A stretch of 64,000 nucleotides of DNA from an uncultured archaeon (GCA_963810275.1 CAWENF010000002.1:1-64000); one strand, 5' to 3'; counted from the stretch's first letter, positions 10,265 to 22,005 are shown. Notes: a model not told the origin generated them from the letters alone. Translations and numbers: made by a program.

Positions 10265-10505
10265 TACTCAGGAAATGACGGGGTTGGATTTCTGTTTTTG
10301 GGTTTATTTTTCGTTTTTATGAGTTCCGAATGTACCACAAGACGGGCTGCGTTTCTTTTTGTTTAAGCTTGCGCTTCTTTGTCTGACACAGTGTGGTAAT
10401 GAATTTCTCTTACACACTGCAATGAAAAATTGATTGTGCTGTTGGCTACATCATTAAACCTGTAAGTTTTCAAACTCAAAATAAATTAGAGGGGGAGGGG
10501 GAAAT

Positions 10506-10631
10506 CTAGTTCTGATCCACCAGATGTGCTGTTCCGTCTGGGCAGTAAACTTTCTCGTCTTTGCCCACTTTACGGTACCGTTCGCTGCACATGTGGAGCA
10601 TTTCGCATCCGTCGCAGTCTCGACTCAACAT
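10506..10631 (-). CDS. Cys-rich microprotein (41 aa)
   Basis: AGGAGG RBS before the ATG; MLSRDCDGCEMLHMCSERYRKVGKDEKVYCPDGTAHLVDQN. Confidence 0.7.
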   Translation of the reverse strand: MLSRDCDGCEMLHMCSERYRKVGKDEKVYCPDGTAHLVDQN

Positions 10632-10714
10632 TTGGTTTTTTCGCCTCCTTAGGGGATAGCTCGATTTGTCGATATAACTTATAAGCATATGTAATATGGA
10701 CGTATATACAGAGA

Positions 10715-10864
10715 GATAGCGGGAGCATGTAGAGGCTGTTTTGGATTAACCAACCATCAGCCAACATTGACCCGACTGCATTGCCCAAAGACTCTTACGC
10801 ATGCCGAACGCGAGAACGGACATACCCCATGAACATGAAGGGTAAAACAGCAGATCCCGCTGTC
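10715..10864 (+). ncRNA. Candidate structured non-coding RNA, family unknown
   Basis: Terminal helix GATAGCGGGA/TCCCGCTGTC, inner helix GCTGTTTT/AAAACAGC and internal hairpins. TTATAA lies ~30 nt upstream and a T-rich tract downstream. Strand is not certain. Confidence 0.5.
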
Positions 10865-11059
10865 AAGAGGTGGCTAACTCCAACATATCATCTTCCAGGT
10901 TTTTGTTTTGCTCTAAAAAATATTTCTGGTTTGTGATGATAAACCGTTTTGGGGAATGTTCATAATTGTTAAGAATCAGCATTCAAACATCGAAAAACTT
11001 AACATAGTGCTTTGATCTGTCAGAAGTTAGCCTAAAAAAGCAAACAAATGAAAAAAAGG

Positions 11060-11377
11060 TTAAAGGGGTGGTCTGCTGCGGATAAGTGCGCCCTCAATGC
11101 TTCGAAGCAACTGATAACCAAACAAAATCGCCGCGAAGTAAGTTGGCCACAAGATCACAGGCCAGTTTCCTGGAGTGTAATCCCAAAGCCCCGTTGAGAC
11201 TGCAAAGAACTCCATCATAGCTAAAGAACACATGCCACCCACGGCCAAGAAAAGCTGCTCTTTAACTTCATGCTTGTTTAATCGACTTCGTCTAACAACG
11301 GTAAGTAACGCCCATGCACCTAAAAAGGCGAACAGGAGCACATACCAGCTTGAGTTAAAATCTAAGAATACATTCAT
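11060..11377 (-). CDS. Small membrane protein
   Basis: Three hydrophobic segments; 2 nt downstream of the upstream gene on the same strand. Confidence 0.75.
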   Translation of the reverse strand: MNVFLDFNSSWYVLLFAFLGAWALLTVVRRSRLNKHEVKEQLFLAVGGMCSLAMMEFFAVSTGLWDYTPGNWPVILWPTYFAAILFGYQLLRSIEGALIRSRPPL

Positions 11378-11379
11378 TT

Positions 11380-12066
11380 TTACATACCATTATTTGTTTT
11401 ATTTTTGTTTTTGCCGCGGCCACGCCGAGGTCTTGGATGAGAGGGTTTGTGGTTAGACCAACATTTCTGACAAAACACGGGTTTGTCAACTTTAGGCTGG
11501 AAAGGTACTTCACATTCACCTCCGCATTCACTGCATATCGCCTTGTAGGTGGGCGATACATGGAAAGCTTTGAATAGTTGGTACTTTTTGAGTTTGGGCC
11601 AGCCCGTTTTAGCGTACTTTAGCATTTCAGGGTTGTCTTTTAGCCAACGCAACATGTGAAAGAAGCTTTTGCCACGTTTCTCATCACGCTCCGCCAGCGG
11701 CTCGTAGCCTAGGTTGCGGATTTCGTCAAGGTAAGCGATCTCCACAAGACGCTGCGTTTCACCTTCCACATGGATACGCTTTATGCGGTCTTCGCCGTAA
11801 ACTTTTTGCAGTTCTTCGGCGGCTACATCAAAAATGCAGCCTTGGCAAATTTGAATCTGCTCAGCGTCTTCTAAGTCAAATTTGGCTACAAGATCAGAGA
11901 CAACTCGTGAGGACTCTTGCAGGTACTCTTTTTCGCGGAAAATATCTTGATAAAACCTTACGTCAATCAAGTCATACTTGAATACACCGGTCTCTTCATG
12001 ATACGCTCCAACTACAACGCCGAAAAGTAAATCGCCGCTGCCTGCGTCGTCAACAATAAGAGTCAA
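11380..12066 (-). CDS. RNase HII-like-fold protein fused to a CxxC-x17-CxxC zinc domain
   Basis: N-terminal 'IVDDAGSGDLLFGVVVG' resembles the RNase HII DEAGRG strand. C-terminal CSECGGECEVPFQPKVDKPVFCQKC. Confidence 0.6.
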   Translation of the reverse strand: MTLIVDDAGSGDLLFGVVVGAYHEETGVFKYDLIDVRFYQDIFREKEYLQESSRVVSDLVAKFDLEDAEQIQICQGCIFDVAAEELQKVYGEDRIKRIHVEGETQRLVEIAYLDEIRNLGYEPLAERDEKRGKSFFHMLRWLKDNPEMLKYAKTGWPKLKKYQLFKAFHVSPTYKAICSECGGECEVPFQPKVDKPVFCQKCWSNHKPSHPRPRRGRGKNKNKTNNGM

Positions 12067-12159
12067 CTGGTCGCTTCACGCCTCTATCTTCTTTCACCCA
12101 AATAATTCGGCGTCGTATAAAAACTAAACTACTAAGAGATAAAGAAAAACAGGAAAAAA

Positions 12160-12303
12160 CTACGATTTTAATCGCTTGAACATCATTTTTAGATGTTCCG
12201 AGTCAGATAGACAGCCTTCTAAACGCAAAATTGTTACCCCATACAGTTTACGGTGTATTGTTTGTTTACCTAAAATGCGGTTAATCATCTGTTTCTGCAG
12301 CAA
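12160..12303 (-). CDS. Possible 47-aa ORF
   Basis: TTG..TAG ORF (MLQKQMINRILGKQTIHRKLYGVTILRLEGCLSDSEHLKMMFKRLKS) about 25 nt downstream of TTTATATA. No homology recognised. Confidence 0.3.
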   Translation of the reverse strand: MLQKQMINRILGKQTIHRKLYGVTILRLEGCLSDSEHLKMMFKRLKS

Positions 12304-12457
12304 ATAACGTTTAACCGAAGCTTTTGAGCTATATAAAGAAGCTGTATATGACTTAGCAAAATGCTTCCAGGAATTTCACCCATCAAATCCATCCGCAAAA
12401 AGGAAGCAGAGGCTAATTAGGATCAAAACAGTCTACGTTCCAAGTTCCCTTTTTTGG

Positions 12458-13096
12458 TTAAACAATTATTTCTGGCTTCACACGAACACTCTTAAGCACA
12501 GTTAAAGACCCGTTTTTACCCAGCCGTAACTGCTTCTCGCCACGGAAAACACAAACCTGCGCATGCTTAAGCTCAATCTGGTCACCCACACTGATGCTGC
12601 CTATTTGTCCTTCCCATAGGCACAATTTTACCTTGCCCGTTTCATCACCGACAACTGCATTAACAACCATGACGGTGTTGCCAAATTGGGTATGCACCTG
12701 TGCAGGTTTAGGAATCTCCAAAACGTCGGCTTTTATGTTAACTCGCTTCATGCCTGCACGCAAATCTTTGATCAGAATGTAACTAGAGTCAGTGTTTTGT
12801 TTCGCAAGCTTCTTTTTTATTTTATCAGAATTCATCCAACTCTCAAACGGAGCATCTTTCCTGAGCAGAAACTCGTCCTCGACGCGGAACTGAGCTACTA
12901 CATCACTTTTTTTAGTTATAAGAAAAATAGTTTCACCCTTCATTTTGCCCCGAAACTCAATTGTTAAGTTCCCACAAGTAGCTTTTTCATTCCTACGAGC
13001 CAAAACTAGTGCTTGGAAAACCTCATTCGGATATACGCCATATTTGACTGATAGTAAAGCGAGATGCTCGCCCAAAGTTGATTTTTTCTGTCTCAA
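12458..13096 (-). CDS. OB-fold single-stranded DNA-binding (RPA/SSB-like) protein with N-terminal extension
   Basis: 'IKDLRAGMKRVNIKADVLEI...VGDETGKVKLCLWE...VGDQIEL' is a typical archaeal SSB OB fold. Confidence 0.85.
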   Translation of the reverse strand: MRQKKSTLGEHLALLSVKYGVYPNEVFQALVLARRNEKATCGNLTIEFRGKMKGETIFLITKKSDVVAQFRVEDEFLLRKDAPFESWMNSDKIKKKLAKQNTDSSYILIKDLRAGMKRVNIKADVLEIPKPAQVHTQFGNTVMVVNAVVGDETGKVKLCLWEGQIGSISVGDQIELKHAQVCVFRGEKQLRLGKNGSLTVLKSVRVKPEIIV

Positions 13097-13401
13097 AGTA
13101 CTTCACTCAATAGTTCATGCGTTGAGAAAAAGACTTGCCCCATACTAATCTAGACATGTTTGTTCTTTTCCCCAAGTTGATTATCGAATCTTTCAACTAT
13201 ATGGGCGTATTACCTATATATGGTTGACTATGCAGCCATTTTCAAAGAGCCTCACAGCCAACCTAAACTGAAAATCCACTTGAATTAAGAAGTGACTTTG
13301 AAGTAAAAAGCACTCTGTTTATAAGTGGGGAGGTTGTCTATGTGGGTAATGTGCAGAAAAGAGTTTTGCACACAAATATAGTAGGAGTTGAAATAGCAAA
13401 A

Positions 13402-13545
13402 ATGTCATACGGTAACAGAGAGATGCACAAAGCGACTTGCGCTGACTGTGGAAAAGAATGTGATGTTCCTTTCAAACCAGACGGCACAAGACCAGTTTAT
13501 TGCCGCGAGTGCTACAGCAAAAGACGCCCACCGAGAAGATACTAA
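13402..13545 (+). CDS. CxxC-x17-CxxC domain microprotein
   Basis: MSYGNREMHKATCADCGKECDVPFKPDGTRPVYCRECYSKRRPPRRY; upstream AGGAG; followed by a hairpin and T-tract. Confidence 0.9.
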   Translation: MSYGNREMHKATCADCGKECDVPFKPDGTRPVYCRECYSKRRPPRRY

Positions 13546-13955
13546 GCGTAAGCTTCGGCATCTTTCTTAATCAGTAAATTTTCTTTTTTATTTTTTCATT
13601 TTAACGATGGTCACAAGATTCTTCTGATCACATTCTAACTCGGAAGTTAAACCTAATTAGACAATGTGCAATCTCAAAAACAAGATAATCAACACACAAA
13701 AAGTGACTCTCAGAGGTTTGACTCTGCAAAACAATCGTCTTAAAACATACAAACACTCCCTTAAAAGCACCTGATGTGAAACATTGTGCAAGCTCTTTTT
13801 GCGGCTTTAGCGTTTGGACCGGTTTTTTAGTTCAGAGGTTTTCAATGTCGGACTCCAACTGTTAAAGTGCACATACAATTCACACCTAAATGTAGCATAG
13901 CTAAATTATTAAAAGCAACAGAACCACCAATAGGGTAAGAAAGGAAGCCTCAACC

Positions 13956-14732
13956 ATGAAGCAGTTTCTAATAACACCCGCAATGGGAAAACGTTTAATC
14001 GCTAAAACCATCGCAGCCCACCCAGCCATCAAAAAAGCCCTTAAAACCGGCACCATAGTCATAATCGCCGGCACAACCAACGGCTATGTAGCCGAAGAAA
14101 TCCTAAAAACCTACAACATAGCGGACGAGTTTTCACGCAAACATTTTTTCCGTGGCATCAACCTCCCCCATAAGCTGCCAGTCACCAAAGAAGGCCGACT
14201 ACACGACGAAAGCGGCTTCCAAGGAGACGTCGTCATAGTCAAAGGCGTCTGGATGAAAGACAGAACCATAACGGAAATAGTCGACTTACTTCAAGAGGGG
14301 GACGTGATTTTGAAGGGCGCCAACGCACTCGACTTCCAAAACAAGCGGGCAGCGTTATTAATTGGGCACCCAAGAGCTGGAACCGTAGGCTTAACCCTTC
14401 CAGCAGTTGTAGGCCGACGAGTAAGACTAATCATCCCTGTAGGTTTAGAGAAACGCATATACGGCAACCTAGATCAGTTAGCTAACAAAATGAATACACC
14501 TGGCACAGAAGGATACAGACTTATGCCAGTTCCAGGAGAGGTCTTCACCGAAATCGAAGCGCTCAAAGCATTAACAGCGGCGGAAGTCGAAATGGTTGCG
14601 GCAGGAGGCGTATGCGGAGCCGAAGGCGCAGTCTGGATAGCAGTGTCAGGTGAGCCTGAACAGGAAGAATTCGCAGCGCAGATCATCGCATCAGTTGCGG
14701 ACGAAGAGTCATTTAGCCCCGATTTGCTCTAA
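13956..14732 (+). CDS. Conserved hypothetical protein
   Basis: Long clean ORF with '[11 protein letters not shown]', 'LKGANA' and 'GGVCGAEG' motifs; function not recognised. Confidence 0.75.
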   Translation: MKQFLITPAMGKRLIAKTIAAHPAIKKALKTGTIVIIAGTTNGYVAEEILKTYNIADEFSRKHFFRGINLPHKLPVTKEGRLHDESGFQGDVVIVKGVWMKDRTITEIVDLLQEGDVILKGANALDFQNKRAALLIGHPRAGTVGLTLPAVVGRRVRLIIPVGLEKRIYGNLDQLANKMNTPGTEGYRLMPVPGEVFTEIEALKALTAAEVEMVAAGGVCGAEGAVWIAVSGEPEQEEFAAQIIASVADEESFSPDLL

Positions 14733-14778
14733 AACACTATTCTGAGCTTTTTTGCATCATGCCCATACCACAGTGGCC

Positions 14779-14931
14779 TTAGCCCATTTTTTCTTTACCG
14801 CCAGGTTTCCAACCCAACTGAGAAGCCATATTCATCATATTCTCCATATTTGCTTTGATTAGATCCATAGCAGCCTCGTTTATTTCAAGTTCTACAGTTA
14901 GTTTTGCTTTTCCACTTTTATCTGACTCCAT
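14779..14931 (-). CDS. 50-aa microprotein (paralogue of 40337..40486)
   Basis: GGAGGTGA RBS; MESDKSGKAKLTVELEINEAAMDLIKANMENMMNMASQLGWKPGGKEKMG. Confidence 0.75.
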   Translation of the reverse strand: MESDKSGKAKLTVELEINEAAMDLIKANMENMMNMASQLGWKPGGKEKMG

Positions 14932-15033
14932 AAAAATTCACCTCCAAAAAACACTCGCCTTTGCTGTTGTTATTGGTAAATGAATACTGTTAAAACCTAA
15001 GTGACTGCGGTGGCGCTACAACAAAAGAGGACC

Positions 15034-15855
15034 TTAAGTTGCCCAGTATTTAGAAAGGGCATCTAAGGCTTTGTCGAAAAGATAGTCTTCTGGAACAACA
15101 TCCACATCCACTTCGAGTTCTCGGAGGGCTTCAGCAGTAGTAGGTCCAATAGCGACAACTGTGACTTTTTCTTTGAAGAATCGGCGTAACCGCTCCATTG
15201 AAGTTTTCTCAGTAAGCATCTTGAAGATGTTTTTTGCACTAAGCCCACTACCGAAAAGCAACGCATCAATGCGTCCACCCACTAAATCCTCGTAGAATCT
15301 GGTTTTCAACACTTCATCCACTGGCAGCCCTGAATCGTAAACATATATTTCCGCCACATCTGCATCCCGGGCTTTGAGGGCTTGACTTAGCATCGGTGGT
15401 GCATTGCTTGTTCTGGCCATGCGGATGCGTTTGCCCGCTAAGTCTATGTCTTTTAATGCTTCAAGTAAGCCTTCCCCACTATACTTCTGTGGCACCAAAT
15501 CCACATTAACCTTGAATTCTTGCAAGGCTTCAGCCGTTTTAGGACCCACAGCTATGACATGAGACTTCGCTAAGCCAGAATATAACAGGTGAGTTTGGTT
15601 GACTTCGTGAGCAGCGGCAAAGAGGTATTTGACGCCGTTGGTACTCATTAGAATCATGTAGTCCACCGTACCGGATTGGAGTTCTGAGATTAATTTCTTT
15701 ACGGGTTCAGGGTTGCTTAGAGGCTTGATTTCTATTGCAGGAATATAGTAGGGTACGCCGCCTTTTTGCCGGATTAGTTCACCTGCTTCTTCTGCCTGCC
15801 CTGTGGGGCGGGTGACGGCGACAACTCGGCCTTTCAGAGGGGTTGCTTGAACCAT
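15034..15855 (-). CDS. hemD: Uroporphyrinogen-III synthase
   Basis: VAVTRP, STNGV, AVGPKTA and AIGPTTAEAL motifs; located in the hem operon. Confidence 0.92.
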   Translation of the reverse strand: MVQATPLKGRVVAVTRPTGQAEEAGELIRQKGGVPYYIPAIEIKPLSNPEPVKKLISELQSGTVDYMILMSTNGVKYLFAAAHEVNQTHLLYSGLAKSHVIAVGPKTAEALQEFKVNVDLVPQKYSGEGLLEALKDIDLAGKRIRMARTSNAPPMLSQALKARDADVAEIYVYDSGLPVDEVLKTRFYEDLVGGRIDALLFGSGLSAKNIFKMLTEKTSMERLRRFFKEKVTVVAIGPTTAEALRELEVDVDVVPEDYLFDKALDALSKYWAT

Positions 15856-16589
15856 GCCAGTTTCCTCCCCAAAGTTGCAACTTCACCAATTAGGATAACT
15901 GAGGGCGGCTTGATACCTTTGGCTTTTGCTTCCTCTACCACAGTGCCTAAAGTGGCTATCAGTGTGCGCTGCTGGGGCAAAGTGCCAGATTCAACCATAG
16001 CAACAGGCTTTACTGGGCTGATGCCACCAGCCAAAAGCTTGCCCACAATGCCCTCCAAGGACTCAACGCCCATGAGGATAACCATTGTATCTACAGCATT
16101 GGCGATTTTAACCCAGTCTACAGGTTTTTCGGCGTCGCCTGCCCTATGCCCAGTAATAATAGCAACTGAAGCCGCAAAGTCTCTATGCGTTAAGGGGATA
16201 CCTGCGTACATTGGAGCAGACACGGATGAACTTATGCCTGGCACTACCTCGAACACGATGCCTTCCGCTACCAGTACCTCGGCTTCTTCTCCGCCCCGTC
16301 CGAATATGAATGGGTCTCCGCCTTTGAGTCGCACCACAACGCCACCTTCCTTGGCTTTTTCAACGATTAGTTCGGTTATTTTTTCCTGCGGAACCTCATG
16401 AAGACCAGCTCGTTTGCCTACAAAAATCCGCTCCGCTCCCTCAGATGCCATAGCTAAAACTTGGTCACTTACACCAAGACGGTCGTAGATGAGAACATCC
16501 GCCTGCTTGATAACCTCAACCGCCTTCACAGTAAGCAGCTTAGGATCCCCGGGACCTGCACCGACAAGATACACTTTACCATACGCCAT
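15834..16589 (-). CDS. cobA: Uroporphyrinogen-III C-methyltransferase
   Basis: VYLVGAGPGDP, RLKGGDPFIFGRGGEE, GIPLTHR. Confidence 0.95.
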   Translation of the reverse strand: MAYGKVYLVGAGPGDPKLLTVKAVEVIKQADVLIYDRLGVSDQVLAMASEGAERIFVGKRAGLHEVPQEKITELIVEKAKEGGVVVRLKGGDPFIFGRGGEEAEVLVAEGIVFEVVPGISSSVSAPMYAGIPLTHRDFAASVAIITGHRAGDAEKPVDWVKIANAVDTMVILMGVESLEGIVGKLLAGGISPVKPVAMVESGTLPQQRTLIATLGTVVEEAKAKGIKPPSVILIGEVATLGRKLAWFKQPL

Positions 16590-17512
16590 ACTTTTCCCTC
16601 CATTCCTTCTCGAGGTCTTTAGCACCCTGCGCTATTAGGTCTTCGCCGACTTTAGCACCCAACTCAGAGGCGTCCTTTAGGGTGCCTTTTGCGGAGGAGC
16701 TGATTTTTTTGCGATCATTTAAAGAAAATATGCTACCGTATACGCTTAGGTTGTCACCGTCTGCTTTGGCTACTGCACCTATTGGGACACGGCATCCGCC
16801 TTGCAATTTGAGAACTAGGCTGCGTTCAGCGGTGATTTCGGCTCGGGCTGCTTTGTCTTCGACGGATTGCAAGATGTTAATGACTTCAGTGTTGCCTTCT
16901 TTGGCAACTATCGCTATTGCACCCTGCCCTGCAGCCGAAGGAAACAGCGCCATAGGCAACCGCTCGGCCAGCTCACCCTCAATAGCCATGCGTTCTAAGC
17001 CTGCCTCAGCGAGCACTATGCCTGCAAGTTCGCCTTTGTGAACTTTACCAATACGGGTGTCCACGTTTCCGCGGATAGGTTCGACTTCAAGGTCGGGTCG
17101 CAGGTACTTAATTTCTGCAAGCCGCCTGAGGCTGCCTGTACCTACCACAGAGCCTTTGGGCAAATCCATGAGTGTTACGCCATTTTTGGAAATAAACACG
17201 TCATAAGGGCGAGTCGCGTTTTGGAATAGCAGCCAACACCGTGCCTGCCTGTTGCTCCACAATTGGAACGTCTTTTAAGCTGTGAACAGCAAAATCGATG
17301 TCGCCAGCGACGACTTCTTGATCGATTTCACGCTCAAAAATGCCTTTACAGTCGATGCTGAAAAGAGGTTTGCCGAGTTCTTTGTCGCCCATAGTGTGTA
17401 TGATTTTTAGCTCAAACTCTAAGTTTGAGTTTTTGGCTCTTATCCAGTCCAACGTGCGGTTGGTTTGGGCTAAGGCCAGTTTGCTACCGCGGGTGCCAAC
17501 TTTGAGCTTCAT
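16576..17512 (-). CDS. hemC: Porphobilinogen deaminase (frameshift ~17205)
   Basis: GTRGSKLALAQ and AVHSLKDVP in the 5' part; GTGSLRR, IRGNVDTR and GGCRVP in the 3' part. Confidence 0.93.
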
Positions 17513-17517
17513 GTGTA

Positions 17518-18814
17518 CTACCTCGTTTTAGCTGCTGCTGCCGCCAATGCTTTATCGAATGCTGCTTCTGTGAACTTGAGGTCTTCCTCAGTGTGCGCTG
17601 CGGAGACGAAGCAGGTTTCGAACTGTGCTGGCGGAATGAAAACGCCTTGCTTTAGCAGCTCGTGGAAGTAGGCGTCGAATTTTTGGATGTCGGAAGTTTT
17701 GGCGCATGCACAGTCGACTACTGGTTGGCTTGTGAAAAAGATTTGATAAAGAGAGGCAAGATTGTAGACTTGGGCGTCTATTTTATATGCTTGTGCTAAG
17801 TCGGTTAAGGCTTTTTTGAGTTCTGCAGCGTTTTTTTCGAGGCGTGGGTAGAGTTCGTTCCGTTTTTGGTTGAGGATTTCAAGGATAGTGCAACCTGCAG
17901 TCACAGATACGGGGTTGCCGCTAAAAGTTCCAGCTTGATAGATTTTGCCGATTGGAGAGATGTTTTGCATGATTTCTTTTTTACCGCCAAACGCCGCCAA
18001 CGGAAAGCCGCCACCTAGCACCTTGCCGAGTGTTGCCATGTCGGGTTTAACACCGAAGTATTCCTGTGCGCCGCCCAAGGCAAGGCGGAAACCTGTTATG
18101 ATTTCATCAAAAATCAAAACTGGTGCCGTTTGCTTGTGTTATTTTGCGGAGAGTTTGCAGATAATCTTTTTTGGGCAAAATCAGGCCAACGTTTGCCATT
18201 ATTGGCTCAGTTATAACCGCCGCTATCTGGTTGCCCTGCTCTGCGAACACCGTCTCAAGTGCTTCAATGTCGTTGTAGGGCAGCACAATTGTGTTTTTGG
18301 TTGTCTCTTCAGGAACTCCAAGCGATGTCGGCGCGCCAAATGTGGTTGCGCCTGAACCGGCTTTTACAAGCACATTGTCGTGGCTGCCGTGGAAGCAGCC
18401 TTCGAATTTTATTATTTTGTTACGTCCTGTGTAGCCTCTTGCTGCTCGGACTGCGCTCATGGTGGCTTCGGTGCCACTGTTGACAAGTCGCAGCATCTCC
18501 ATGCAGGGTGATGCTTTGCTGATTTCCTCAGCAAACTGCACCTCCAACTCTGTTGGAACACCGTAAAGTGTGCCTTTTGGCAATTGGGCTTTGACGGCTT
18601 GGAGAATTTCGGGGTTGGCATGCCCCAGAAGCATCGCGCCGTAAGCGTTGCAGTAGTCTACATAGGATTTGCCGTCGGCGTCGTAGAGTTTGCTGCCTTG
18701 TGAGCATTCAACAAAGAATGGGTATGGCTCAAAGGCGCGAACTGGGCTATTTACGCCGCCTGGCAGGGTTTTTTTGGCTCTCTCAAAGAGGGTTTTGGAT
18801 TTGGAGTCGGTCAG
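17518..18814 (-). CDS. hemL: Glutamate-1-semialdehyde 2,1-aminomutase (frameshift ~18120; apparent CTG start)
   Basis: PGGVNSPVRAF, NSGTEAT, FEGCFHG, IFDEIITGFR, TLGKVLGGG, QAGTFSGNP. Confidence 0.93.
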
Positions 18815-19785
<971 letters not shown>

Positions 19786-19789
<4 letters not shown>

Positions 19790-20439
19790 TGCTGGTTATT
19801 CTCCTGTTTGTTGATTAATATCATTTGCCAAGTTTTCTGCCTCGGCAAGGTTGCCTTGAGATAACGCCTGTTTGATTTCTACACAGTTAAGGATGTCATA
19901 TAACGTTTTGCTTCGGAGTTTCGGGTCCGCAATTTTGGTTTTTAGCGTGATCTGGCTTTTTCTTGCAGCTGAATTTCAAGCAGGTCTTGGGGTGTGATCA
20001 TTTTTTCGATGCGTTCGCGTAGCACATGTGCCATGGCCGGGCTTTTTCCGCCTGTGCTTACTGCGATTTTTACGTCGCTCACATGTGCCACCGCTGGAAG
20101 TATAAAGTCACTTTGTTGAGGGTTGTCAACGGAATAAACTATGCAGTTGTAGTATTTTGCTGCTTTAACTAGTTCAGCGTTAAGATTGCTGTCGTTAGTG
20201 GCTGCGAATAGAATGTAGGGTTTAGGGCTGAGGCTGTCTACAAATACTTGAGCGTCTTTGATGCCTGTTTTGAGAAGCGCCACTTGTTTCTCTTCGCCCA
20301 GTTTTTGGATTTCTGGTGTGAAGTCGCGGCTAATCACCCAGATTTTAGCACCTGAATCCAGCATGCTCTGTAGCTTGCGGTGGGCTTCTGCGCCGCCGCC
20401 TACCACCATAACGGTTTTGCCGTCCAACTTGAGGTCCAT
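19786..20439 (-). CDS. sirC: Precorrin-2 dehydrogenase / siroheme synthase N-terminal type (frameshift ~19945)
   Basis: VVGGGAEAHRK Rossmann motif, VDNP..SDF, AVSTGGKSP. Confidence 0.88.
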
Positions 20440-22005
20440 CAGCACTGGTTTTGTTCTCCGTCTTGTGCGTTAAGCGAGCCATTGGTTAATAGCTTTTTGA
20501 ATTTCTCCGAAACCGCATCGTAATCTACATTTACAAATTTGGGTGGTTGGGCAACGTCGAGGAGCATGTCGAGGTTTAGACTTTTCTCCACTGCGTCTAC
20601 GGCTTGGGCACCAAAATCTTCGTAGCGAATTTCGATTTCGGGAATCATACCACGGTGCTGTAGATTTAACCGAGGAACCATACCAAGCAGTTGAACGCCG
20701 ACACGTGAAAAAGCCTTACGCATTAGGGCAACGGTTTCCTCGGTCATGTAACTCACGTGCAGTTTGTTTAGTATTACGCCCGTTGTGTTAATACTTAGAC
20801 TTTTTAATTTGACAATGTTGTTGAGAGTATCTATCAAAGCGCCTTCCAAGCCTTCTTGATCACATGCCACCACCAGAACCGTTGATGCACCCAAAGCGGC
20901 AGCTACCTCCACAGTGGACATGGGACGCTTATACTTGCTGTTAAGCAAACCAGTAAAGGCGCTCATGGCACCCTCTACTATTAGAGAAATTGTAGTCTTT
21001 GCTTGCGGCTTCGACTGCCTGTTTTGGAGTCACCCAGCCGCTTCGGCCAACCTGAATAGAGGAATATTCCCGCATAGGCTCTTTTGTTAGGTAAAGCGAG
21101 GGCACAGCATCGCGGATGTCACCGCCTACTTTGATTACGCCGACATTGTATCCGCGTTTTTTCAGTGCACCGGAGATGCCTGTGACGACGAAAGTTTTTC
21201 CTGAGCCACTGCCTAACGCCGTAACTAAAACGAGTTTAGAGGACTTTGAAAGCCCAGTCGATGCTTTTTGGTGCACACCTGTGGAGATTCCAACTTCGCT
21301 CTTTATTCCCTTGAGAAGTTCGGTATTTGCGATCTTTATGGAAGCAAGCTCAGCATGGTCAATTCCAAGCGATTTCATCACGCCATCAGTGATCACGGGG
21401 TTGTTATCCATCAAGCCATGAATAAAGACTCCCACCACGTTGCCTTCCTTGTTTGACACTCCCGAAACTATGTCTTGGGCCTTGCCAAAGTAGTTCACAT
21501 GCTTGGCATGTGTTACCAAAATGGGTTTGGCATCTTTGTGGAGCTCGATTTGCCCATAAGTGTGACAGTGGAAGCCCGAAACTATTTTGCCGACTTCGCT
21601 TGTAAGGAAGCTTTTGTCCACTACGTCGGCGACAACGCGGTCGGTGCATATGAGAGGTGAAAACTCGGCGTCCAGCAGCCCCATGCCTTCCCGCTTAATC
21701 GGTATGGTGGAGAGGCGTCCTACGTCGGTTGTTTTTGCCAGCACTTGAAAGCCGGAGCAAACGCCTAAAACGTACTTTCCGTTATCAGCCATCTTAATGA
21801 TTTCACGGGTCATTTGCTTGGTAACGCTTCTTGACTCGATGAGGCTGCCGCCTGGAATGATTAGCATGTCGAGGGCTTCACTGGCGGGTTTACCAGCTAC
21901 CATTGCGGTTTCGGTGACTATGTGGGTAGGTAGGTTTCCGAAGTCTTCGAAGCATGGTAATGCGCCTGGAAGGTAAACCAAGCCTATTTTGTGGCGTAAA
22001 ATCAT
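20439..22005 (-). CDS. CobB/CobQ-like amidotransferase with N-terminal glutaminase and C-terminal P-loop domain (frameshift ~20980)
   Basis: IIPGGS, GVCSGFQ, GFHCHTY and FIHG (GATase), then ALGSGSGKTF, KVGGD and GVILNK. Confidence 0.8.
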
